From: Prevotella sp.
Lineage (GTDB): Bacteria > Bacteroidota > Bacteroidia > Bacteroidales > Bacteroidaceae
Length of the DNA: 64,000 nucleotides
Assembly (NCBI GenBank): GCA_015060485.1
Contig: SUYI01000007.1
Coordinates: forward strand, 39,239-103,238
Direction of reading: 5' to 3'
Part shown: positions 10,135 through 19,085 of the stretch, piece by piece
Layout: the number at the start of each line of letters is the position of its first letter
Numbering within the stretch: the first letter of the stretch is position 1
The notes under the pieces: generated by a model
Seen by the model: only the letters and a program-made list of their open reading frames with translations
What the model was told of the DNA's origin: nothing
Database searches by the model: none
Position numbers and translations under genes: made by a program

Positions 10135-10715
10135 TGACAAGAGAAGAAGATATAAAAAATGCCGTAGAAGTATTACGCAAGGGTGGGGTGATCCTCTATC
10201 CGACAGATACTGTGTGGGGCATCGGTTGTGATGCAACGAATGCTGAGGCTGTGAAGCGCGTGTACGATATCAAGCAGCGCGACGATTCGAAGGCGATGAT
10301 TTGTCTCGTCGACAGCGATGCCCGTTTGCAACGCTATGTGCGTAATGTGCCCGATGTCGCTTGGCAACTCATCGATAGCCTTAAAGAGGGAGACGTAAAG
10401 CCGACGACGATTATTCTTGACGGTGCTATCAACCTGGCTGAGAACCTCATCGCTGACGATGGTTCGATAGCCCTGCGCATCACCCGGGAGCCGTTCTCGA
10501 AGGAGTTGTGCTATCGTTTCCAGAAGGCGCTGGTTTCCACTTCTGCGAATATCAGTGGCGAGCCTGCTGCCCAGAACTACTGCGACATCGCCCCACGCAT
10601 CATCGAGGCCGTCGACTATGTTTGCTGGTCGCGCCGTCAGGAACACAAGCCCCACACGCCGTCTAGCATCATTCGTCTGCGTGAGAACGGTGAGGTAACC
10701 ATTATAAGAAGCTAA
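10134..10715 (+). CDS. tsaC: L-threonylcarbamoyladenylate synthase (TsaC/YrdC family)
   Basis: 193 aa. YPTDTVWGIGCDATN and STSANISGEP motifs. The start overlaps the prfC stop (TAATG). Confidence 0.8.
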   Translation: MTREEDIKNAVEVLRKGGVILYPTDTVWGIGCDATNAEAVKRVYDIKQRDDSKAMICLVDSDARLQRYVRNVPDVAWQLIDSLKEGDVKPTTIILDGAINLAENLIADDGSIALRITREPFSKELCYRFQKALVSTSANISGEPAAQNYCDIAPRIIEAVDYVCWSRRQEHKPHTPSSIIRLRENGEVTIIRS

Positions 10716-10739
10716 GTCAGAGTAGTTAAAGAAGGATTT

Positions 10740-12548
10740 ATGGAAACTCATACCGACAGATTGAAGCGCCCGGCTTGGCTGGTGAGGCTGCACGATTGGC
10801 GTGTGGCCAATGTCAGCGACAAGATGTTCTTGCTCATCTTGGCGTTTCTTGTCGGACTGCTGTCAGCTGTGGCGGCCTATATCCTGCACGGACTCATCAA
10901 CACCATCGTTGCTCTGCTGACAGGCAAGTTCCAGGCCGACTCATACAACTGGCTCTATCTGGTCTATCCCGTTATTGGCATCTGGCTGACTTCGCTCTTT
11001 GTCCGCTATATCGTCAAGGACAACATCTCGCACGGCATCACCCGTATCCTTTATGCCATTTCGTCGAACCGCAGTCGGTTGAAGGCTCACAATACATGGT
11101 CCAGCGTCATTGCCTCAGCCATTACCATCGGCTTTGGTGGATCGGTCGGTGCCGAGGCACCTATCGTGCTGACGGGCTCGGCCATTGGCTCGAATCTCGG
11201 AAAAATCTTCCGACTCGACAACAAAACGCTGATGACTCTCGTGGGCTGTGGTGCTGCTGGAGCCATTGCCGGCATCTTCAAGGCCCCGATTGCCGGACTG
11301 GTGTTTACCCTTGAAGTGTTGATGATCGACCTGACGATGGCTTCGCTGCTGCCCATTCTCGTCAGTTGTGTGACGGCGACGTGCTTCACCTATATCTTCA
11401 GCGGCAATGCTGTCATGTTCTCGTTTACGCTCGACAGTGACTGGACTGTAGAGCGTGTTCCTGCGTCAATCCTTTTGGGAATCACCTGCGGACTCGTTTC
11501 GCTTTACTTCATCCGTGCCATGAATGCCTGCGAGGATATGTTCGCCCGCTTCAAGGACAAACCCTATGTCAGGCTCCTCATCGGAGGTGCTATCTTGAGC
11601 ACGCTCATCTTCCTCTTTCCGTCGCTTTATGGTGAGGGCTACCATAGCATCAACTTGTTGCTTAACGGCCGTACAGAAGCTGATTGGAATCAGATACTCG
11701 ATGGCTCGCTGTTCTATGGTCACTCCGAATACCTTATATTATATATAGGTCTTGTGTTGCTGACGAAAGTCTTTGCCACCTCGGCAACGAATGGCGGAGG
11801 TGGTTGTGGCGGAACGTTCGCCCCCTCGCTGTTTATTGGCTGCTTCACGGGATTCCTCTTCTCGCGTCTGTGGAATATGCATCAGATTGGTGTCTATGTT
11901 CCCGAGAAGAATTTCTCCCTGCTGGGAATGGCGGGTGTTATGTCGGGTGTCATGCATGCCCCGCTGACGGGCATTTTCCTCATTGCCGAGATTACCAGTG
12001 GCTACAATCTCTTCATGCCGTTAATGATTGTTGCCGTGTCGAGCTATCTCACAATCAATATTTTCGAGAAGCATAGCATTTATGGCATGCGACTGGCCAA
12101 GCAGGGTAAGCTAAAGACGCACCACACCGATCACGCTGCGCTGACGCTGATGAGTCTCGACTCCGTCATCGACCGCGACTTCCAGGCTGTCGATCCCGAT
12201 ATGGATTTGGGGCAGATGGTTCACTATATCTCTCGTTCGCGCCACCGTGTATTGCCCGTTACCGATGCTGCCGGCGTGTTGCAGGGCGAGATTAATATCG
12301 TCAAAATCCGCCACGTGGTGTTCCGAACCGAGCTTTATCACCATTTCCGTGCCTCACAGCTTATGTCAACGCCTGACGCCACACTCAGCGACTCTACGCC
12401 CATGACGCAGGTCATGCGAATCTTCGAGCGTACTCAGGCCGACTGGCTCCCCGTGCTTGATGCCAACAACCATCTGAAAGGCTACATCTCTCGTAAGCGC
12501 ATGTACGATATGTACCGCAAGATGGTTCACGATTTAAGTCAAGATTAA
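10740..12548 (+). CDS. ClC-type voltage-gated chloride channel with C-terminal CBS pair
   Basis: 602 aa. GGSVGAEAP and GIFKAPIAG selectivity-filter motifs, plus a CBS-like C-terminal tail. Confidence 0.85.
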   Translation: METHTDRLKRPAWLVRLHDWRVANVSDKMFLLILAFLVGLLSAVAAYILHGLINTIVALLTGKFQADSYNWLYLVYPVIGIWLTSLFVRYIVKDNISHGITRILYAISSNRSRLKAHNTWSSVIASAITIGFGGSVGAEAPIVLTGSAIGSNLGKIFRLDNKTLMTLVGCGAAGAIAGIFKAPIAGLVFTLEVLMIDLTMASLLPILVSCVTATCFTYIFSGNAVMFSFTLDSDWTVERVPASILLGITCGLVSLYFIRAMNACEDMFARFKDKPYVRLLIGGAILSTLIFLFPSLYGEGYHSINLLLNGRTEADWNQILDGSLFYGHSEYLILYIGLVLLTKVFATSATNGGGGCGGTFAPSLFIGCFTGFLFSRLWNMHQIGVYVPEKNFSLLGMAGVMSGVMHAPLTGIFLIAEITSGYNLFMPLMIVAVSSYLTINIFEKHSIYGMRLAKQGKLKTHHTDHAALTLMSLDSVIDRDFQAVDPDMDLGQMVHYISRSRHRVLPVTDAAGVLQGEINIVKIRHVVFRTELYHHFRASQLMSTPDATLSDSTPMTQVMRIFERTQADWLPVLDANNHLKGYISRKRMYDMYRKMVHDLSQD

Positions 12549-12556
12549 GATAACAA

Positions 12557-12593
12557 CAGGGGTACTTTGCCAACCCCCTTTAACAAAACAAGG
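12557..12593 (+). promoter_or_regulatory. preQ1-I riboswitch aptamer
   Basis: The RNA reads cAGGGGUACUUUGCCAACCCCCUUUAACAAAACAAGG. This is a short P1 hairpin (GGGG/CCCC), AAC before the 3' stem strand, and a UUAACAAAACAAGG tail matching the Thermoanaerobacter preQ1-I aptamer tail. It ends 3 nt before the ATG of the queuosine-precursor transporter, and queF follows. Confidence 0.7.
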
Positions 12594-12596
12594 ATT

Positions 12597-13286
12597 ATGG
12601 AACAAGAAAAAAGAAAAGTCAGCGTGCTGTTTATGCTTTTTGGCACCCTGTTCTGCGTCTGCCTCATCACGGCAAACGTGTTGGAAACAAAGCAACTCTC
12701 TTTCGGACCGATTAATCTGACGGCTGGTATCATTGTCTTCCCCGTGTCGTACATCATCAACGACGTCGTCTGCGAGGTGTGGGGTTATCAGCGCACCCGC
12801 ATGCTCATCTGGATGGGTTTCGCCATGAACTTCTTCTTCGTCATCATGGGTGCCATTGCCGACTGGATTCCCGGTGCACCCTATTGGCATGGTGAAGAGG
12901 GCTTCCACGTCATCTTCGGTTTGGCACCGCGAATTGCCCTGGCATCGTTCATCGCCTTCATTGCCGGCTCGTTCATCAATGCCTATGTGATGTCGCGTAT
13001 GAAACTCAGTTCCGGCGGCTCAAATTTCTCGGCTCGTGCCATTCTCAGTACCGTGTTTGGCGAGGCGGCGGACTCTGTCATCTTCTTTCCCTTGGCCCTT
13101 GGTGGTGTCATCCCCTGGGAGGAGATGCCCTCGCTCATGATTTCACAGGTCACACTGAAGACGCTATATGAAATCATCGTGCTGCCTATCACCATCCGTG
13201 TTGTCGAGTTTACCAAGAAGCACGACCATGAGGATGTGTTCGACCGCGATATCAACTACAACATCTTTAATATTCTGAAAATATAA
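12597..13286 (+). CDS. yhhQ: queuosine precursor transporter (YhhQ/VUT family)
   Basis: Track ORF 12567..13286 has a TTG start that overlaps the riboswitch, so I use the ATG at 12597 (MEQEKRKVSVLF...). Multi-TM, with FPVSYIINDVVCEVWGY typical of YhhQ. Confidence 0.75.
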   Translation: MEQEKRKVSVLFMLFGTLFCVCLITANVLETKQLSFGPINLTAGIIVFPVSYIINDVVCEVWGYQRTRMLIWMGFAMNFFFVIMGAIADWIPGAPYWHGEEGFHVIFGLAPRIALASFIAFIAGSFINAYVMSRMKLSSGGSNFSARAILSTVFGEAADSVIFFPLALGGVIPWEEMPSLMISQVTLKTLYEIIVLPITIRVVEFTKKHDHEDVFDRDINYNIFNILKI

Positions 13287-13331
13287 TCCGTTATATCGTA
13301 ACAACGTTATAACGTAATAACGATAGAGACT

Positions 13332-13793
13332 ATGGCAAGAGAAAATGAAGGCCTGCAGCAGTTGGGCCGCAAGACCGAATATCGGCAAGACTATGCGCCG
13401 GAAGTGTTGGAGACTTTCGAGAACAAACACCCCGACAACGACTATTGGGTACAGTTTAACTGCCCTGAGTTCACCTCGCTCTGTCCTATTACCGGACAGC
13501 CCGATTTCGCTGAGATCAAGATTGCCTATATCCCTGCAGAGCGTATGGTCGAGTCGAAGAGTCTGAAGCTCTACCTCTTCTCGTTCCGCAATCACGGCGA
13601 CTTCCACGAGGACTGCGTCAATATCATCATGAAGGACCTCGTCGCCCTCATGCAGCCCAAGTACATCGAGGTCGTCGGTATCTTCACACCCCGTGGCGGC
13701 ATCTCGATCTATCCTTATGCCAACTATGGTCAGCCTGGCACGAAGTACGAGCAGATGGCCCGGCGCCGACTAGAAGAACGACAGATGATTTAG
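13332..13793 (+). CDS. queF: NADPH-dependent 7-cyano-7-deazaguanine reductase
   Basis: 153 aa. [15 protein letters not shown] and [13 protein letters not shown] motifs. Confidence 0.9.
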   Translation: MARENEGLQQLGRKTEYRQDYAPEVLETFENKHPDNDYWVQFNCPEFTSLCPITGQPDFAEIKIAYIPAERMVESKSLKLYLFSFRNHGDFHEDCVNIIMKDLVALMQPKYIEVVGIFTPRGGISIYPYANYGQPGTKYEQMARRRLEERQMI

Positions 13794-13801
13794 CTCCCCC
13801 C

Positions 13802-14488
13802 ATGAGTTACGACACCTACATCTTCGATCTCGACGGCACGTTGCTCGACACGCTTCACGACTTGGCGACCAGCGTCAACTATGCCTTGCGACAACACCAC
13901 ATGCCCGAACACCCGGTGGACGATATCCGCCGGTTCGTGGGCAATGGTGTCCGCCTGCTTATGGAGCGTGCTGTCCCCGATGGTGCCGATAACCCGCAGT
14001 TCGATGCAGCTTTCGGTACCTTCCGGCAGTACTATATGCACCACTCGCTTGACACCACGCGGCCCTACGACGGCATCCCCGAACTCATTCGCGAGTTGCA
14101 TGCCCGTGGGTGTCAGATGGCTGTTGTCAGCAACAAGATGATGGCTGCCACCCAGGAACTCGTGCACCATTTCTTCCCGGAGATTCCTGTGGCCATCGGT
14201 GAGCACGAAGCTGAAGGTATTCGCAAGAAGCCCGCTCCCGACACCGTCTTTGCTGCTTTGAAGCAATTAGGATACCCCTTTCCGGATCATCCGCATAGTG
14301 TGAAAAATCCGTTAAAGGAGGATAGGCTGGCCGTCTACGTCGGCGACAGTGATGTCGATCTTGCTACCGCCCGTAATGCCGGCTTGCCCTGCATCAGCGT
14401 GCTCTGGGGTTTCCGCGACCGCGATTTCCTGCTCCATGAAGGTGCCACTACCTTTGTCAGTCATCCTTTGGACATCCTGAATATATAA
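13802..14488 (+). CDS. HAD-family hydrolase (phosphoglycolate phosphatase-like)
   Basis: 228 aa. The FDLDGTLLDT motif I and the VGDSDVD motif. Confidence 0.75.
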   Translation: MSYDTYIFDLDGTLLDTLHDLATSVNYALRQHHMPEHPVDDIRRFVGNGVRLLMERAVPDGADNPQFDAAFGTFRQYYMHHSLDTTRPYDGIPELIRELHARGCQMAVVSNKMMAATQELVHHFFPEIPVAIGEHEAEGIRKKPAPDTVFAALKQLGYPFPDHPHSVKNPLKEDRLAVYVGDSDVDLATARNAGLPCISVLWGFRDRDFLLHEGATTFVSHPLDILNI

Positions 14489-14519
14489 TATACTCATTCT
14501 AACCAACACTTTTAACACT

Positions 14520-15746
14520 ATGACTCGATTATGGATAACAATGCTGCTGCTGCTGACCATGTTCACCGTTCAGGCACAACAGGTGGTCAGCGGAATAGTG
14601 AAAGACCGGCTGACCGGCAGACCGCTCAGCCATGTCAGTATCTCGGCCGAGGGCTCCGATGTACATACTGTCAGCAACGACGATGGTTTCTTTACGCTGA
14701 AGGTTGCCCAGCGTCCGCGCTACATCATTCTCAGTCATATTGGCTATAAGACCCGCCAGATGCAGCTCGACACCGGACCTACCGACCATCTCACCATCCT
14801 CATGCTTAGTACTACCGTCCAGCTTAACGAGGTCATTATCTCTGCCGACGACCCGTTAACCATCGTCAGGACTGCCATGAGTCGCATCAGTTCCAACTAT
14901 TCCAACGAACCGGAACTCGTCCGCTGTTTCTATCGTGAGACAGCCCGTCGCGGTTCGCGCTTCATCAGCATTGCCGAGGCTGTTACCGATATGTATAAGT
15001 CGAGCTATTTGCGTGGTCCGGAATTTGATGCCGTATCCATCCTGAAAGGGCGCCGTCTGATGAGTATGAAGGCCAGCGATACCCTTGGCGTCAAGGTGCA
15101 GGGCGGTCCCGTCATGCCCCTGATGGTCGACGTGGCCAAGAATTCGGAGTATCTTTTGAATCCTGAGATGCTGCCGTATTATCAATATCGCATGGAGCCT
15201 CCAACGATGATCGGCGATTGCTCGCATTACGTCATCAGCATGACTCCAGTGGTAAAAACCCCGTTCCCGCTGATGGGCGGAAAGCTCTACATCAATCATG
15301 AGACGCTGGCCATATCGCGTGCCGAATTGCAACTCGACGTCAGCGACTGGCGCAGGGCCTCCGAATACATGCTCGTGCAGAAGCCTTTCGGGTTGCGCTT
15401 CCGTCCTCGCGAGCTTACAGTCATGGTAGTCTACGAAACCGATGTGCAGGGCATTACCCACATGAGTTATGTTCGCAACGTGATGCGATTCAATTGCGAC
15501 TGGCGCCGCCGGCTTTTCGCCTCGCCCTATACTACGGTGTGCGAAATGGTGGTCACCGACCGCCTGGCCCTGGGGCGTCAGGCTAAGCGTCCCCGTGGAC
15601 GTTCGTCGTTTGGCAGTCGCGACCGTTTCTACGACAAGGTGGAGTATTTCGACGATCCCGACTTCTGGGCCGACTATAATATCATCGCCCCCACCGAGAG
15701 TCTCGAACATGCTATTGAAAAACTGAAAAAGAAAGTCCGCAAATAG
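14520..15746 (+). CDS. carboxypeptidase-regulatory-like domain protein (secreted)
   Basis: 408 aa. Signal peptide, then VSGIVKDRLTGRPLSHVSISAEGSDVHTVSNDDGFFTL, typical of the CarboxypepD_reg fold. Confidence 0.6.
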   Translation: MTRLWITMLLLLTMFTVQAQQVVSGIVKDRLTGRPLSHVSISAEGSDVHTVSNDDGFFTLKVAQRPRYIILSHIGYKTRQMQLDTGPTDHLTILMLSTTVQLNEVIISADDPLTIVRTAMSRISSNYSNEPELVRCFYRETARRGSRFISIAEAVTDMYKSSYLRGPEFDAVSILKGRRLMSMKASDTLGVKVQGGPVMPLMVDVAKNSEYLLNPEMLPYYQYRMEPPTMIGDCSHYVISMTPVVKTPFPLMGGKLYINHETLAISRAELQLDVSDWRRASEYMLVQKPFGLRFRPRELTVMVVYETDVQGITHMSYVRNVMRFNCDWRRRLFASPYTTVCEMVVTDRLALGRQAKRPRGRSSFGSRDRFYDKVEYFDDPDFWADYNIIAPTESLEHAIEKLKKKVRK

Positions 15747-15783
15747 GATTCTCTCTAATGAATGTATTTTTTTATCAGATAAA

Positions 15784-16353
15784 ATGATGTTCCGTTCAGC
15801 TGTTCTTTTATTGTTCTCAGTTCTCAACTCTCAACTCTCAGTTGGATACGCCCAGCCTGCCGGAGTCCGTCTCGACACCCTCCGCGTGCAGCACGTCGAC
15901 TTCGAAGGTCGTACCCAGCAGGGCGTCATCATCTGCAACCACACCATTGCCGGCGACCTGCGCGACATCTTTGCCGAACTCTATCGCCAGCGCTATCCTA
16001 TCGAGCGCATCCGTCCCATTTCCGACTATGCCGACGATGACGAACGCTCCATGCAAGCCAACAACACCTCGTGCTACTGCTATCGACCCATTGCCGGCAC
16101 GACGCGTCTGTCGAAGCATGCCCTGGGCCTGGCCATCGACGTGAATCCGCTCTACAACCCCTGTGTGCGCCGCAAGAAGGACGGCACACTACTCATCCAG
16201 CCGTCAACGGGCAAACCCTATGCCGACCGCAGCAAGGCATTTAAATATAAGATCACACGACGGGATCTCTGTTACCGGCTCTTTATCGAGCACGGCTTCC
16301 AGTGGGGTGGGGCGTGGCGGTCTGTCAAAGACTACCAGCATTTTGAGAGGTGA
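15784..16353 (+). CDS. M15-family (VanY/D-Ala-D-Ala peptidase-like) metallopeptidase
   Basis: 189 aa. Signal peptide, SKHALGLAIDVNP (SxHxxGxAxD) and the C-terminal DYQHFE zinc-ligand motif. Confidence 0.7.
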   Translation: MMFRSAVLLLFSVLNSQLSVGYAQPAGVRLDTLRVQHVDFEGRTQQGVIICNHTIAGDLRDIFAELYRQRYPIERIRPISDYADDDERSMQANNTSCYCYRPIAGTTRLSKHALGLAIDVNPLYNPCVRRKKDGTLLIQPSTGKPYADRSKAFKYKITRRDLCYRLFIEHGFQWGGAWRSVKDYQHFER

Positions 16354-16402
16354 GAGGAAAGAGGTGAGAGGAAAGAGGTGAGAGGAAAGAGGTGAGAGGT
16401 AA
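16347..16402. repeat. tandem 14-bp repeat (gaggtgagaggaaa) x4
   Basis: Units at 16347, 16361, 16375 and 16389 (the last is gaggtgagaggtaa). The array starts inside the last codons of the M15 gene and fills the convergent gap up to the stop at 16406. Confidence 0.9.
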
Positions 16403-16405
16403 GAA

Positions 16406-16663
16406 TTACTTTTTCTTCTTTTTGCGGTTGAAGAGGAATCCGTAGGTTTTGATGAGCTTGCGCACCAATAGGAAGCCGTCTATGGCTGTAATGCTGTTGG
16501 CTAAAAGGTTTGCCGCCAGTTCTCCCTTGCTACTGGCTTTCTGTGGAGCAAACAAGGTGCGCCAGAGAATGCCTATCTGGTCGTTCTCCTGCTGAATGTC
16601 AGACTGCAGCTTTTCTTTGCGGAGCTGAATCTCTTCTAAGGTATGGTAGGTGGGTTCGGACAT
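16406..16663 (-). CDS. hypothetical small protein (third gene of the ytxH cluster)
   Basis: 85 aa. Coiled N-terminus, one hydrophobic segment and a poly-K tail. Spacing fits an operon. Confidence 0.5.
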   Translation of the reverse strand: MSEPTYHTLEEIQLRKEKLQSDIQQENDQIGILWRTLFAPQKASSKGELAANLLANSITAIDGFLLVRKLIKTYGFLFNRKKKKK

Positions 16664-16670
16664 ACAACGG

Positions 16671-17018
16671 CTAACTTAACAGAATTTCGGACAGGAAGCG
16701 TACCAAGGGACGCTCTATCCACGACTTTCGTTTGATGAACACGACGATGAGCAGAATCAGGAACAGCAGCGCCATGATGAAAAAAGCCAATGCCGTACCC
16801 GTCAGCGGCTCCATCGCGTAGATGAGTGCGAATGACAGATAGAAGAGGATGGCCACGCCCAGGATGATGAACACGATGGTCAGCGTCAGCGCAGTGGTCA
16901 GACGCACAATTTTTTCGACTGCGTTGAACTTCAGGTACTCGCCCTGAAGTCCAACGTAATTCTTCACCGATTCCACCAGTTGGGCGATGGACTCAACGTT
17001 CTTGTCGCTCGACAGCAT
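16671..17018 (-). CDS. holin-like two-TM membrane protein (phage holin family / DUF1469-like)
   Basis: 115 aa with two long TM helices. It follows the YtxH gene, as in many Bacteroidales. Confidence 0.55.
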   Translation of the reverse strand: MLSSDKNVESIAQLVESVKNYVGLQGEYLKFNAVEKIVRLTTALTLTIVFIILGVAILFYLSFALIYAMEPLTGTALAFFIMALLFLILLIVVFIKRKSWIERPLVRFLSEILLS

Positions 17019-17020
17019 TT

Positions 17021-17058
17021 TTTCTCTTACTTCTTACCTCTCGCCTCTTACTTCTCTT
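17021..17058. repeat. pyrimidine-rich word repeat (ctcttacttc x2, ttcttacctctcgcctc)
   Basis: 17031-17047 is the reverse complement, with 1 mismatch, of 16389-16405 (gaggtgagaggtaagaa). Confidence 0.85.
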
Positions 17059-17070
17059 TTTCAGACATCA

Positions 17071-17289
17071 TCAAGCTTCCACTTCCGGTGCAGCCTCGGC
17101 AATGTCGTCAACAAGGTCGCTGACTTCCTTGCGGCTCAGCTTGATGTTGTGCTTCTTCATGAAGTCGTCCACAGCATCGGTAATCTTACCACGGGTGTCC
17201 TCGCCCTTCTCGGGGGCCAACAGGAGTCCAATAACTGCTCCGGCAATTGCTCCGCCGAAGAATGCGCCTAAATAACCTAAACTTCTCAT
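17071..17289 (-). CDS. YtxH domain protein
   Basis: 72 aa. GAFFGGAIAGAVIGLLLAPEKGEDTR is the YtxH signature. Confidence 0.75.
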   Translation of the reverse strand: MRSLGYLGAFFGGAIAGAVIGLLLAPEKGEDTRGKITDAVDDFMKKHNIKLSRKEVSDLVDDIAEAAPEVEA

Positions 17290-17330
17290 AGTTGTAATAT
17301 TTTTATAGTGTTAAACGTCTGTTTCGAGGG

Positions 17331-17338
17331 CAAATATA
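17331..17338 (-). promoter_or_regulatory. -7 box TATATTTG for the ytxH cluster
   Basis: The plus strand reads caaatata, about 45 nt upstream of the ATG at 17289. Confidence 0.45.
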
Positions 17339-17402
17339 CGGAAAGTTTTCGAAATTAACAAACTTTACGCAGTATTTTTCGCGATTATTGCTCATTATTT
17401 TG

Positions 17403-17410
17403 TAATTTTG
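17403..17410 (+). promoter_or_regulatory. -7 box TAATTTTG for the SPOR gene
   Basis: tgTAATTTTGcgg, about 50 nt upstream of the ATG at 17462. Confidence 0.45.
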
Positions 17411-17461
17411 CGGCAATAAAACGAATAAACAAGTTTAATTTCAATACAATTCGAGTAAATT

Positions 17462-17959
17462 ATGAAGAAGTACATCGTACTGTGCGCAGGTCTTTGCGCA
17501 GCAATGGCTTTTACAAGTTGTAAGTCGAGTGAGAGTGCCTACAAGCAGGCTTATCTGAAGGCAAAGGCTCAGGAAGAGGTTCAGACTCCCGCCCAGCAGG
17601 AGACTGTCGATCAGAACGTTGTTGCCCCGTTGCAGGAGCGTGCTGCCAACAACACCCGCGTGCTTGACAATGCCGACAACGTATCGGTTCGTCAGGAGAA
17701 TGTGACGGTCGTCAATGGTGCTGGCCTGAAGAATTTCAGCGTCGTTGTTGGTTCCTTCTCCCTCCGTGCCAATGCTGAGGGTCTGCAGCAGACGCTGCGC
17801 TCTGTAGGCTATGACGCCCAGGTGGTGCTCAACTCTGCCGTCCAGCCTGCCATGTATCGTGTGGTTGCTGCCACTTTCGATACCAAGGCCGAGGCTGCAG
17901 CAAGCCGCAACGACCTGCAGGCAAAGTATCCCGGTGCATGGCTGCTGTATGCGAAGTAA
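17462..17959 (+). CDS. SPOR-domain lipoprotein
   Basis: 165 aa. Lipobox AFTSC. The C-terminal FSVVVGSFSLRANAEGL...YRVVAATFDTKAEA is SPOR-like. Confidence 0.7.
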   Translation: MKKYIVLCAGLCAAMAFTSCKSSESAYKQAYLKAKAQEEVQTPAQQETVDQNVVAPLQERAANNTRVLDNADNVSVRQENVTVVNGAGLKNFSVVVGSFSLRANAEGLQQTLRSVGYDAQVVLNSAVQPAMYRVVAATFDTKAEAAASRNDLQAKYPGAWLLYAK

Positions 17960-17962
17960 GCT

Positions 17963-18379
17963 GTGGCGCGGATATTGTCTATAGACTACGGAAAGAAACG
18001 AACGGGATTGGCAGTCACCGATCCGCTGCAGATTATTGCTGGCGGATTGGCGACTGTCTCCACATCTGAGCTGTTTGATTATCTGACGCAATATGTGTCG
18101 TGCGAGTCTGTCGAGCGCATCGTCATTGGCGAGCCCCGTCAGCCCAACGGCCAGCCCAGCGAGAATTTGGCCCGTGTCCAGCAGTTTGTCAACCGCTGGC
18201 GCAAGCAGCGTCCCGACATCCCCATCGAGTACTACGACGAGCGCTTCACTTCCGTGTTGGCGCATCAGGCTATGCTCGATGCCGGACTGAAGAAAAAAGC
18301 CCGTCAGGACAAGGCGCTGGTCGACGAAATCTCCGCCACCATTATCCTCGAGGACTACCTCCGCAGTCGCAACAGGTAA
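17963..18379 (+). CDS. ruvX: Holliday junction resolvase-like RuvX (YqgF)
   Basis: 138 aa, GTG start. ILSIDYGKKRTGLAVTD and DERFTS motifs. Confidence 0.85.
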   Translation: MARILSIDYGKKRTGLAVTDPLQIIAGGLATVSTSELFDYLTQYVSCESVERIVIGEPRQPNGQPSENLARVQQFVNRWRKQRPDIPIEYYDERFTSVLAHQAMLDAGLKKKARQDKALVDEISATIILEDYLRSRNR

Positions 18380-18394
18380 TCATAAATTTCATAT

Positions 18395-18421
18395 TTCAAA
18401 GTTCAAAGTTCAAAGTTCAAA
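18395..18421. repeat. tandem 7-bp repeat (ttcaaag) x3.9
   Basis: The array abuts the def ATG at 18422. Confidence 0.9.
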
Positions 18422-18982
18422 ATGATATTACCTATTTATATTTATGGCCAGCCGGTATTGCGCAAGGTGGCCGAAGACATCACCCCCGACTATCCCGAAC
18501 TTAGGCAGCTCATCGACGACATGTGGGAGACGCTGGCCGAAAGCGATGGCATCGGACTGGCTGCCCCCCAGATAGGGCGTGCCATCCGCCTGTCGGTCAT
18601 CGACCTCGACGTCATCAGCGACGACCTGCCCGAGTATAAGGGCTTCCGTCGGGTGTATATCAATCCCCACATCATCGAAGCCGACGACGCGAAGACCAGT
18701 AGCTCCGAGGAAGGCTGCCTGTCGTTGCCCGCCATTCACGAGAAGGTGGTGCGCCCCACACGCATCCATGTCGAGTGGGACGACGAGCAGTTCCAGCATC
18801 ACGACGAGTGGATTGAGGGCTATCTGGCCCGCGTCATGCAGCACGAGTTCGACCATCTGGATGGCAAGATGTTTGTCGACCACATCTCACCGCTCCGCAA
18901 GCAGCTCATCAAGAGCAAGCTCAAGGCACTCACCCTGGGCCGCTACCACTGCGGATACAAGACGAAACCGGTAAGGAGATAG
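18422..18982 (+). CDS. def: peptide deformylase
   Basis: 186 aa. [15 protein letters not shown] and HEFDH motifs. Confidence 0.9.
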   Translation: MILPIYIYGQPVLRKVAEDITPDYPELRQLIDDMWETLAESDGIGLAAPQIGRAIRLSVIDLDVISDDLPEYKGFRRVYINPHIIEADDAKTSSSEEGCLSLPAIHEKVVRPTRIHVEWDDEQFQHHDEWIEGYLARVMQHEFDHLDGKMFVDHISPLRKQLIKSKLKALTLGRYHCGYKTKPVRR

Positions 18983-19085
18983 TTGACAGTTGATAGTTGA
19001 CAGCTATGAAGAATTGCAGAATCATTCGTATCTTTTTGATGGTTGTTTTGTTGCAACTGTCAACTGTCAACTGTCAATTGTCAAC
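18982..19085. repeat. 22-bp imperfect inverted repeat built from gttgaca words, bracketing the start codon of the TPR gene
   Basis: The left arm gttgacagttgatagttgacag (18982-19003) matches the reverse complement of ctgtcaactgtcaattgtcaac (19064-19085) with 2 mismatches. The right arm is part of a 7-bp tandem array (19054-19086) that encodes LQLSTVNCQLST in the signal peptide. Confidence 0.8.

Noticed and set aside
10716-10739. Fluoride (crcB) riboswitch upstream of the ClC channel gene.
   Set aside because: The spacer is only 24 nt and has none of the conserved crcB-motif pairing. The channel carries CBS domains, typical of ordinary ClC rather than ClC-F.
14856-15827. Long antisense ORFs opposite well-supported genes. 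This 323-aa ORF is one; others are 17441-18265, 19333-20040, 21461-22351, 28068-28751, 29244-30179, 33651-34439, 35045-35824, 39889-40794, 49694-50629, 59100-59870 and 60172-60909.
   Set aside because: Each lies wholly inside a gene with clear family motifs on the other strand. Their translations are low-complexity (R/H/G/V/L-rich) with no recognisable motif. This is typical of stop-poor antisense frames in GC-rich coding DNA.
16347-16402. CRISPR array (also considered for the other tandem arrays at 18395, 32416, 32925 and 23101-23246).
   Set aside because: The units are 7-21 bp and directly abutting, with no unique spacers. No cas genes are in the window.
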